DNA of 20,982 nt from positions 1 to 20,982 of the forward strand of contig DASVMC010000247.1 in NCBI GenBank assembly GCA_036384555.1, written 5' to 3'. Shown in pieces: positions 8,177-15,595 of this stretch; positions within the stretch are counted from its first letter, which is position 1; each line of letters begins with the position of its first letter. This DNA is from Niabella sp. (GTDB lineage: Bacteria; Bacteroidota; Bacteroidia; Chitinophagales; Chitinophagaceae). The position numbers were made by a program, and so were the translations under genes. Below the pieces are notes generated by a model. That model did no database searches, was not told the DNA's origin, and saw only the letters and a list, made by a program, of their open reading frames with translations.

Positions 8177-8875
8177 TTATAAATCGCCCAATTGTGGCCG
8201 TACAATAATTTCTTCAACACAGGCAGCAGCAGAAAGCTGTGTAGCTGCTTCGATGAGCCTGGCAATATCGTTCGCTTCCATGATCCGTTTTTCACTGTTA
8301 TCAAAATCGCCCCAGGAAGCCGTCATTACCGCTCCGGGAAAAACCGCGCTTACCTTAATACCGCAGGTTTTCAGTTCCTGCCGCAGGTTCTGGCTGAAAC
8401 CATTCAAGGCAAATTTACTAATACTATAAGATCCTCCGTTAGGATAAGCCTGCAGACCGGCAACCGAGCAGATATTAAAGATATATCCTTTTGCTTTTAC
8501 TTTCATAGCCGGTAACACTGTTCTGGTAAGGTGGTAAGCGCTGTACAGATTCACCGCCATCTGGCGCTCGAGTACGCCCGCTGCCTCTTCAGTGATGTTG
8601 CCGGGTTCAAATAACCCTGCATTATTGATCAGGATATCCGGCGTTCCCTTTTCCAAGGCCCATTTGCCTAAAGCAATTGCTTCCTCTTTTACCGAAAGAT
8701 CAAATGCCTTTGCAAAAAATACGGCATCCGGATAGCGGGTTTGCAGGGTTTCCATTGCCTTATATAATTTCAGGTCATTTTTTGATGAAAGCAGGAGTGT
8801 ATTGCCCTTTTTGGCAAACACTTCTGCAACAGCCAGTCCGATCCCCTGTGATGCGCCGGTAATTAAAATATGCAT
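8177..8875 (-). CDS. Short-chain dehydrogenase/reductase (classical SDR)
   Basis: TGASQGIGLA cofactor motif, NNAG, and catalytic S...YSISK. 232 aa. Confidence 0.88.
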   Translation of the reverse strand: MHILITGASQGIGLAVAEVFAKKGNTLLLSSKNDLKLYKAMETLQTRYPDAVFFAKAFDLSVKEEAIALGKWALEKGTPDILINNAGLFEPGNITEEAAGVLERQMAVNLYSAYHLTRTVLPAMKVKAKGYIFNICSVAGLQAYPNGGSYSISKFALNGFSQNLRQELKTCGIKVSAVFPGAVMTASWGDFDNSEKRIMEANDIARLIEAATQLSAAACVEEIIVRPQLGDL

Positions 8876-9049
8876 ATACTGCCTTGTTTACTCCTGCGAA
8901 GTAAACATAATTTTTTTTATGGTTTCGTTAAAGCGTGCTGTGCACCGTTTTTTGACCTGTAAGGTACTATTAATAGCAGTTCCGCGCACAATACCAGGTT
9001 CCGATAGCTGCCTGCATCGTTTTTGTTATCTTAGCTCCAAAATTGATCC

Positions 9050-10075
9050 GTGTATATTCATCAGCAGTTTTGTATTTCACCGCAGCATACCGCCGGTACA
9101 ATTGATCTTGAAAAACCCATTGCCGCCTCTGAAGGAAAACTGGTTGCCATTGAGCCTGTACTGGAAGGCATTCCTCCGGGTATGCTGCGCAGAATGAGCA
9201 AGGCGGTGCGTATGGGTATTGGCGCAGGTCTGCCTTTGCTGAAGGATGTGGTTCCGGACGGAATCATTATCGGAACGGCCAACGGAGGAATGGAAGATTG
9301 CATAAAATTCCTTAACCAGATCATTGATTATGAGGAAGGCATGTTAACACCCGGCAATTTTGTACAAAGTACCCCCAATGCTATTGCCGGCCAGCTAAGT
9401 CTGATAAAAAAGAACCGGAATTATAATGCCACTCATGTCCATCTTGGACTGGCTTTTGAAAATGCCCTGACAGATGCGCAGCTATTTTTGAAGGAGCACC
9501 CGGAGAATACCTATCTCACAGGTGCTGTAGATGAAATATCTACCTACAATTATAATATTGACCGCCTGGCCGGCTGGTATGATCCTCTGCTTGCCAGCAC
9601 AGACCTTTATACGACCGACCATGCAGCAACCATTGCCGGCGAAGGTGCCGCCCTGTTTTTATTAAGCGGGCAGGCCGCCGGCGCTATTGCAAAAATTGAA
9701 ATGGTGAACCTGCTGCATACAACTGACGTGACAGCCGTTACCCGGCACCTGGAAGCATTGTTAGACGCATACCCGGTAACAGACAGCACTTTGTTTATTT
9801 CCGGAGAAAACGGGGATCGTCGTTACCAGTTCTTTTATGACGCCTTTGAAAAATACACCGGAACTGCGCCTGTCATCCGTTTTAAGCACTTAACGGGGGA
9901 GTACCCAACGGCCACTTCCTTTGCAGTATGGCTTGCCGCTCAGCTACTGCAGGAGCAGCATGCACCGGATCATTTGTTCAAAAAGGGCAGCGCTTTACAA
10001 AAAGCAGACCGGATCATCCTTTATAACCAATACCACGGGGAACAGCACAGTTTTATCATCATTTCTGAAAAATAA
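9050..10075 (+). CDS. Beta-ketoacyl synthase N-terminal-domain-like protein (chain-length-factor-like, Ketoacyl-synt_2 type), apparently lacking the nucleophilic Cys
   Basis: GTG start at 9050 is the first start codon after the in-frame TGA at 9044. The N-terminus (MYIHQQFCISPQ...) and thiolase-fold-like stretches (IIIGTANGG, STPNAIAGQLSL, ATIAGEGAALFLL) resemble the Bacteroidota proteins usually annotated as beta-ketoacyl synthase chain length factor. The protein has only two Cys (aa 8 and 84), and neither is where a KS active-site Cys would sit. Confidence 0.6.
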   Translation: MYIHQQFCISPQHTAGTIDLEKPIAASEGKLVAIEPVLEGIPPGMLRRMSKAVRMGIGAGLPLLKDVVPDGIIIGTANGGMEDCIKFLNQIIDYEEGMLTPGNFVQSTPNAIAGQLSLIKKNRNYNATHVHLGLAFENALTDAQLFLKEHPENTYLTGAVDEISTYNYNIDRLAGWYDPLLASTDLYTTDHAATIAGEGAALFLLSGQAAGAIAKIEMVNLLHTTDVTAVTRHLEALLDAYPVTDSTLFISGENGDRRYQFFYDAFEKYTGTAPVIRFKHLTGEYPTATSFAVWLAAQLLQEQHAPDHLFKKGSALQKADRIILYNQYHGEQHSFIIISEK

Positions 10076-10119
10076 GCTTATCTTCCTTTCTGATTTTTTT
10101 CAACTAAAACCAAAATGTT

Positions 10120-10692
10120 ATGAAGGGAACACTTGTCATTGCTTTGCTATGCCTGACCACACTTACCTATTCGCAAAAGATCAAAACCGTTCAGGGCGAT
10201 CTGGCCCCGTTAAAAACAATATCCGCTATCAATGTTGAATTCACCTACGATCATCTTTCAGTAGGCAAATTCAAGAATGAAGAAGATTATATAGCCAAGA
10301 AAACGGAAGAGTATAATAAAAAAGAACCGGGCCGCGGCGATAAATGGGCCGCTGCCTGGAAAGAAGACCGGACACGGGCCTACGAACCAAAATTCCTTGA
10401 ACTTTTCCTGAAGACCAGCAACCTCAGCAATAAAAAAGATGCCCAATACACGCTCATCTTCCACACAACCTTTATTGAACCGGGTTTTAATGTCGGGGCC
10501 TGGAGAAAGAACGCCTATATTGACGCTACTGTCACCATTGTAGAAACCGCCAACAGGAATGCGATCGTTGCTGTTCTAAGCGTGGACAATGCCCCGGGCA
10601 GAGACGTTATGGGTGTTGATTATGACACCAGCTGGCGGATCTCCGAGGCCTATGCCAAGGCCGGCAAATCCCTGGCAAAGTATATCTGGTGA
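10120..10692 (+). CDS. Secreted hypothetical protein (190 aa), function unknown
   Basis: Signal peptide MKGTLVIALLCLTTLTYSQ. It lies 44 bp downstream of the KS-like gene on the same strand and is followed by a terminator. I recognise no motif. Confidence 0.65.
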   Translation: MKGTLVIALLCLTTLTYSQKIKTVQGDLAPLKTISAINVEFTYDHLSVGKFKNEEDYIAKKTEEYNKKEPGRGDKWAAAWKEDRTRAYEPKFLELFLKTSNLSNKKDAQYTLIFHTTFIEPGFNVGAWRKNAYIDATVTIVETANRNAIVAVLSVDNAPGRDVMGVDYDTSWRISEAYAKAGKSLAKYIW

Positions 10693-10698
10693 TCCTTT

Positions 10699-10721
10699 GG
10701 GAAGCAGCAGCATCCCTTTTT
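10699..10721 (+). terminator. Rho-independent terminator after the 190-aa gene
   Basis: GGGAAGC-agca-GCATCCC (7-bp stem, one mismatch, 10699-10716) followed by TTTTT (10717-10721). It starts 7 nt after the TGA at 10690-10692 and sits between convergent genes. Confidence 0.5.
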
Positions 10722-10731
10722 ATCAACAGCT

Positions 10732-12084
10732 TCAGCCAGCTATTGTACCGGCGGCGGCAGTTCCCGATTCTATGGCGCCTTCCATAAATCCCTGCCAGTC
10801 GGCCAGATGCTCGCCTGCAAAATATACATTCAGAAAGGGCTTCTTTAGTTCCGGCTGCACGCCAAACCATTGCCCCGGCTTATAGATCGCATACGCTCCA
10901 TAAGAGCAGGCATCATTCCCCCAGTAATAATTGACCTGATTCTTAAGCAGAGCGCCGATGTTTCCGAACCCGGCTTGCAGGCAACGGAGAACATCGTTTG
11001 CCAGAAATGCATTCGTTTGATTTGCATTTGAAGCGGCCTTGTCACCCACACTATAAGCGATCAGTACACCCTCTGCCGAGGACTGGTTTTTTGTTGCATG
11101 ATAAAAATAATGAGGTGCCTGATCTGTAACCAGGTCAAAAGCCTCCTCTTTCCAGAACCGCTCAGAGAAATGCAAGGCATGCTTATTGATGCGGGCATAT
11201 TGCAGGGCATTCAGTGCAGCAACCATTGCCTGCGGCAGTGCAGGCTGCCAGTCTATTTGCTGAACGGAAAAAGTTGGGAGCGCACAAATGATCTTATCGC
11301 CTGTAATTACGCGGCCGTTCAAACACTGTATTTCCGTCCGGTTCTTCTGGATAACCCGTACTGCATGATGATTCAGCAATACATTTTCAGGGCCAATGCT
11401 TTCCAGCATTTTTTTTGCAAGCAGCGCATTACCCCCTTTTATCTTCAGATCCATTTCGTTTTTCTCACTGCTTTCCGCATATTCAGCCAAAGCCGCAAAA
11501 GCAGATACCTGGCGAATGCTTTCCCCGAAATCTGTGCTGTCCAGCAATTCCCGCAGGTCCAGATCTCTTCCGCTGCAACCATTATTGACCAGAAACCGCC
11601 ACCAGTCATACTGGTCAAGCTTTTGCTTGTCTGTAACAGTAAGACGCGGGTAATCCTTTATTATTTTTTTAAACCGCTGCTTCCAGTCAGCACTGTAATC
11701 CCAGGAACCGGAAGGGCTATACACACCTTTGTAAATAAGATGCGTATCCATCTGGTTATTTTCCAGCTTCAGCCCAAATATGCTGCAAAGTTCCTGTATA
11801 CGGGTATGTGAGCTGCCTACCCATTCCCCACCCAGCTCTATTGTAAGATCAGCGCTTACCGGGTAAGAGCATACACGCCCACCAATACGGTTCCTGCTTT
11901 CAATAACGGTAACTTTTATGCCTTTCTTTTTTAATGCATAAGCAGCCGCTAACCCTGCAAGGCCGGCACCCATAACAATAACTTCCGGTTTCTTTGAAAA
12001 GTACGGCAGTTTGCTGATGCTACCCGGCAATACCAATGCCCCCGCGGACAATATTCCCCGGGCAATAAAACGGCGACGGTTCAT
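10732..12084 (-). CDS. Flavin-containing amine oxidase family protein with twin-arginine (Tat) signal
   Basis: Tat motif MNRRRFIARGILSAGALVL. FAD dinucleotide fold VIVMGAGLAGLAAAYALKKKGIKVTVIESRNRIGGR. C-terminal YFAGEHLADWQGFMEGAIESG is typical of amine oxidases. Confidence 0.85.
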   Translation of the reverse strand: MNRRRFIARGILSAGALVLPGSISKLPYFSKKPEVIVMGAGLAGLAAAYALKKKGIKVTVIESRNRIGGRVCSYPVSADLTIELGGEWVGSSHTRIQELCSIFGLKLENNQMDTHLIYKGVYSPSGSWDYSADWKQRFKKIIKDYPRLTVTDKQKLDQYDWWRFLVNNGCSGRDLDLRELLDSTDFGESIRQVSAFAALAEYAESSEKNEMDLKIKGGNALLAKKMLESIGPENVLLNHHAVRVIQKNRTEIQCLNGRVITGDKIICALPTFSVQQIDWQPALPQAMVAALNALQYARINKHALHFSERFWKEEAFDLVTDQAPHYFYHATKNQSSAEGVLIAYSVGDKAASNANQTNAFLANDVLRCLQAGFGNIGALLKNQVNYYWGNDACSYGAYAIYKPGQWFGVQPELKKPFLNVYFAGEHLADWQGFMEGAIESGTAAAGTIAG

Positions 12085-12123
12085 TGTTTCTGGTTAAAGG
12101 CATGAAGATCGTTTTGTACGCTG

Positions 12124-13254
12124 TTATTCCCTATACCTGAATATGGTGACGTGTTGTTTTTTAATGGCCTCGGTTATTACGCCTAATGGTGCTTCTTCCA
12201 GCAAGGTCCTTTCCGGACGGCCGCTTTTAGTGTCCCATTTTACCAGCCTGATAAATCCGCCCTCAATTTCGATGCCGGTAATGTCTCCGTCAGAAAAGCA
12301 ACAGCATCCTGTATTAAAATAAGTGGGCAGGATCTTATTATAGTCCAGCAATAGTGTATCAAACCGTTTCTGGAATGCAACGGTTTCCAGCCTGATCTTT
12401 TCCATTGTGACAGCATCACTTTTTAATCTGGCAATTTCCATTTGCCGGTACAGCCGTTCTATATGGGTCAGCGATTCAAAAACAGGCTGATGGGTATGCC
12501 CTGTAATTAACAGGATATCTTCCTGTTCTGAAGACCATTCATACATAATTTCATTATGCAGTGTCTTTTTATAATCATTATTAGAGGGTTCATTGGGATT
12601 GATCTGCAGGTAGGCCTGTAAAGGGCCCCAGATCTTTGAAATGAAGAATTTTGAAAACCAGTTACCATCACTGTTTGCATCGCCCTGGTGACCATGAGTA
12701 CAGAATATGCGGATCGGTCTGCCGTTAATAACGGTTCGCAGGATCACGCCTTCATACGCTTTTATTTTTTTACCGAATACAGCTTCCAGCTCAAGGCCCG
12801 CCAGGGGATCATTTCCCCAGTACAGATCATGATTTCCTATAATTTTAATAAAAGCATCTCTTTGCACAAATGCCTTCTCTGCAGCAAACTGCTCGCTGTT
12901 GTGTTTTTTTACATTGAACAGTAAATTTTCCCAGAGTTCCTCACAATCGCCCAGGTTAATAAAAGAAAAAAGATGGCTGTTATAGTAGTTCAGCGCGGCT
13001 ACATAAGTGGGTGCAGCCAGCCGAAAATCATCCGCTCCGTTACGGGCTCCTTTATGCTGGTCAGAAAAAATAATGTATTTATCTTTCTGCAAGTCAAAAT
13101 CGATCAGCAGGCCCAGCTTACCGGGATTATCCGATATCCGGTTAAACAATCTGGTAAGTGCGTCAAATACTTTTACCTTATCAGGATCTGAATCAAATTT
13201 TTTGGCAGCCCATAGAACGGGCTTTAACAGCAGGAACCGGAAGAAGCGACGCAT
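12124..13254 (-). CDS. Calcineurin-like metallophosphoesterase (LpxH-like motif set, with long insertion and C-terminal extension)
   Basis: All five signature motifs are present: FSDQHKG (DxH), LGDCEELWE (GD), IIGNHD, THGHQGD and ITGHTH. The 39-bp gap to the downstream amine oxidase has no terminator, so co-transcription is likely. Confidence 0.8.
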   Translation of the reverse strand: MRRFFRFLLLKPVLWAAKKFDSDPDKVKVFDALTRLFNRISDNPGKLGLLIDFDLQKDKYIIFSDQHKGARNGADDFRLAAPTYVAALNYYNSHLFSFINLGDCEELWENLLFNVKKHNSEQFAAEKAFVQRDAFIKIIGNHDLYWGNDPLAGLELEAVFGKKIKAYEGVILRTVINGRPIRIFCTHGHQGDANSDGNWFSKFFISKIWGPLQAYLQINPNEPSNNDYKKTLHNEIMYEWSSEQEDILLITGHTHQPVFESLTHIERLYRQMEIARLKSDAVTMEKIRLETVAFQKRFDTLLLDYNKILPTYFNTGCCCFSDGDITGIEIEGGFIRLVKWDTKSGRPERTLLEEAPLGVITEAIKKQHVTIFRYRE

Positions 13255-13255
13255 A

Positions 13256-13287
13256 GTTTCAAAAATACTGAATCAGGGATTTGAAAC
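13256..13287 (-). promoter_or_regulatory. Inverted repeat GTTTCAAA-N16-TTTGAAAC overlapping a TAnnTTTG (-7-type) box immediately upstream of the metallophosphoesterase ATG
   Basis: Arms at 13256-13263 and 13280-13287 are perfectly complementary. The minus strand reads TATTTTTG at 13267..13260, an exact match to the Bacteroidetes -7 consensus TAnnTTTG, ending 5 nt before ATG 13254. There is no good -33 TTTG at the canonical spacing. Confidence 0.3.
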
Positions 13288-13448
13288 TTAAAAAATCTGA
13301 TCACGGGCTTTCTTCCAGGAAGACAATTGGAGGATAGGTTGCTTTTTATTCCCTCCAGGTCAGGAAAACATCATTAAAAGGAGCTTCGTCAGGCTGAGCC
13401 TGACAGGATGCCGGAACAGCCAGCAACAGTATAAAGAGATCAATACAA

Positions 13449-13670
13449 TTACATACCAGGGTAGATAGGGCCGTAGCGGAGTTTTTTGGTGCGCCGGTAA
13501 TTGCCTTTTTCCGGATAAATAATATCATGAGCAGTCTCATATCCTTCATTGGACGTTTCCAGCAAACGCTTCATTGCATTCCTCCTGCGCACTTCACAAA
13601 CAGCCCCCGTCACAGCTGACACGGCAACTCCCAGTAACACAAACCCTATTAAACGATACGACTTCTTCAT
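13449..13670 (-). CDS. Small membrane-anchored hypothetical protein (73 aa)
   Basis: ATG at 13670 (MKKSYRLIGFVLLGVAVSAVTGAV...) gives one N-terminal TM or signal-anchor and then a charged tail. A candidate promoter lies upstream on the minus strand: TTTG at 13748..13745, a 19-nt spacer, then TATTTTTTG at 13725..13717. No homology is recognised, so coding status is uncertain. Confidence 0.4.
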   Translation of the reverse strand: MKKSYRLIGFVLLGVAVSAVTGAVCEVRRRNAMKRLLETSNEGYETAHDIIYPEKGNYRRTKKLRYGPIYPGM

Positions 13671-13934
13671 CACTCAAAATTTATTCTTTCATAAGTGTAA
13701 GATATGAAATAAATGGCAAAAAATAGGCAGTTTTTTACGTGTTTCAAAACGAATGAACGTTAGCCATCCTTATTTCTAATCTGTGCACAAAACTATTTAT
13801 GAACCTGCCTGCAACTATATAAGTAATTGCAAATTCATAATAACTTAACACGGATAAAATTCAATTGTTGGGAGTCCTGATCAAAATTAAGTTTTCTTTA
13901 TCTGAAAAAGTCATTTTAACAATATGGGTTGATC

Positions 13935-15461
13935 TTATTGCTGAAATACCCGTACATAATCTACTTCCATAACCGCTTCGTTAAGTTGCTCATCAACGCC
14001 ATGTGCACCTCCCCAGTTACCGCCCATCGCTACATTTAAAATAAGGTGAAATTGCTGATCAAACGGCCATTCGGCAAAACCTTTACGCGTATTGCTGAAT
14101 GAGAAGAAAGGCTGCCCGTCTATAAAAAATTCAATCCGGTCTTTATTCCATTCTATAGCATATACATGAAAGGCATTGCTGACATCATTCAGGTAATACC
14201 CTTTTGTTTTTTGTGTACCAATAACGTGATTAAAGGATTTTGTATGTACGCTGCTGTAAACGGTATCCGGGTTATAGCCTACATTTTCCATAATGTCAAT
14301 TTCACCGCTTGCAGGCCAGCCGCCATATTTCCAGTCTGTAGGCAGCATCCATATTGCCGGCCAGGTCCCTTTACCGGCTGGCAGTTTAGCACTTACTTCT
14401 ATCCGGCCATACCGCCAATCGCCTTTACCTTTGGTAACCAGTCTTGCTGATGTATACATATTTTTCCCCCTGTTCTCCTTTTTTGCAATAATCAACAGCT
14501 TCCCGTTTTTTACAATGGCATTGTTCGAATCGGCTTTTGTATAATACTCCAGCTCATTATTGCCCCAGCCATCGCCACCTACGTCATAGCCCCATTTTGC
14601 CGCATCCGGCAGGCCGTTCCTGTCAAACTCATCGCTCCACACCAGTTTCCAGCCTTTGGAAACAGGGGTAGCCTTCCTGCGCTCTGCCAACAATTCCGGT
14701 TCATTAGTAGTAATATACTCAAACTTATTTGCCAGCAACCAATCCATCTCGGCTACATCATTTACCGTCCAGGCATTTAAAGCAATACGGTTCTTTTTTG
14801 CCTGCTCAATCCATTCGGGGTTCTTTTTAAATACGGAAAAATGATAATCGGCACCATCAATACCATCCTGCTTTAGTGCTTCAGGCGATTTATCGCCATT
14901 AAGGTATTGTACATGCGCCTGAGGATCCAGCCGTTTTACTTTTTTACAGATCGCATAATCAAAGCTGATATAAATGGTTTTGGGGGCTGCATTCAGTTGG
15001 TGCACCAATTTCACCACGCGCTCCGCAACCTGCTGCCCTCTTTCTTTACTGATTACGGATGGTTTTATTTCCAGCACCAGTTGTGTTGACCGGTTATTTT
15101 GAAGACCGGCCAAAAGATATTCACGTAAGGTTGGCAGTTTTTCGCCGTTGGACAACGGGGTCTTTTCCAGCTCTGCGTACTGCGTCTTTTCAATGGTCCA
15201 CGTATGGTAATGCGGATCATGATTGATCACCAGCGAATCATCTGAGGTCATTTGTACATCAAACTCTGAACCGGCACATTTCAATGCAATAGCCTGTTTT
15301 AAAGAGGCGATGGAATTCTCCGGCAGCCCGTTCTTTTTAAATGCTCCACGATGCGCTACAATACCACTTTCATCCGGTACTTTCCTGTCTGTAGCTGGCT
15401 TTGCCAATGCCAGTGTAGCCAACAAACAAAAGGCGCCCGTTCCTGTAACTAATTTTAACAT
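13935..15461 (-). CDS. Secreted bifunctional-looking protein: N-terminal glycerophosphodiester phosphodiesterase (GDPD) domain fused to a C-terminal GH16 beta-glucanase (laminarinase-like) domain
   Basis: ORF 13935..15587. Start set at ATG 15461 (MLKLVTGTGAFCLLATLALA, signal peptide). GDPD motifs IVAHRGAF, LPENS and EFDVQMTSDDSLVINHD. GH16 motifs WPAIWMLP and the catalytic GEIDIMEN (ExDxxE, nt 14303..14286). A strong hairpin at 15555-15576 lies inside the longer ORF version, which argues against the 15587 start. Confidence 0.85.
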   Translation of the reverse strand: MLKLVTGTGAFCLLATLALAKPATDRKVPDESGIVAHRGAFKKNGLPENSIASLKQAIALKCAGSEFDVQMTSDDSLVINHDPHYHTWTIEKTQYAELEKTPLSNGEKLPTLREYLLAGLQNNRSTQLVLEIKPSVISKERGQQVAERVVKLVHQLNAAPKTIYISFDYAICKKVKRLDPQAHVQYLNGDKSPEALKQDGIDGADYHFSVFKKNPEWIEQAKKNRIALNAWTVNDVAEMDWLLANKFEYITTNEPELLAERRKATPVSKGWKLVWSDEFDRNGLPDAAKWGYDVGGDGWGNNELEYYTKADSNNAIVKNGKLLIIAKKENRGKNMYTSARLVTKGKGDWRYGRIEVSAKLPAGKGTWPAIWMLPTDWKYGGWPASGEIDIMENVGYNPDTVYSSVHTKSFNHVIGTQKTKGYYLNDVSNAFHVYAIEWNKDRIEFFIDGQPFFSFSNTRKGFAEWPFDQQFHLILNVAMGGNWGGAHGVDEQLNEAVMEVDYVRVFQQ

Positions 15462-15554
15462 AATTGACCTGTTTTTAGAATCGCTCTGTCTGAGTTGTTT
15501 GTGTTCAAAAATTTTATTATATGATGCCTGCTGATCATTTAACCTGTCTCCTGT

Positions 15555-15576
15555 TTGCCGGAAACTTTTCCGGCAA
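15555..15576 (-). terminator. Strong stem-loop downstream of the serine hydrolase gene (probable terminator, no U-tract)
   Basis: TTGCCGGAAA / TTTCCGGCAA are perfectly complementary 10-nt arms separated by 2 nt, so effectively a 9-bp stem with a 4-nt loop. It begins 20 nt after the stop at 15596. No T-run follows on the minus strand, so terminator function is inferred only. Confidence 0.4.
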
Positions 15577-15595
15577 TTGAAATTCATTTTGGGGT

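Noticed and set aside
8802-9197. 131-aa plus-strand ORF spanning the SDR start, the divergent promoter region and the KS-like gene start
   Set aside because: It overlaps two better-supported genes and an intergenic region, and has no recognisable features.
11098-11811. 237-aa plus-strand ORF lying entirely antisense inside the amine oxidase gene
   Set aside because: Its product is Cys, Phe and Gln-rich with no recognisable motif. The opposite strand carries a complete, motif-rich flavin amine oxidase. This is a typical shadow ORF, arising because the sense gene rarely uses the codons whose complements are stops.
13346-13549. 67-aa minus-strand ORF overlapping the 3' end of the small membrane protein ORF
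   Set aside because: It overlaps the 13449-13670 ORF in another frame and contains the GTCAGGC-TCA-GCCTGAC hairpin (13388-13404), which looks more like a post-gene stem-loop. The 13449-13670 ORF has the more plausible N-terminal TM segment and upstream promoter-like elements.
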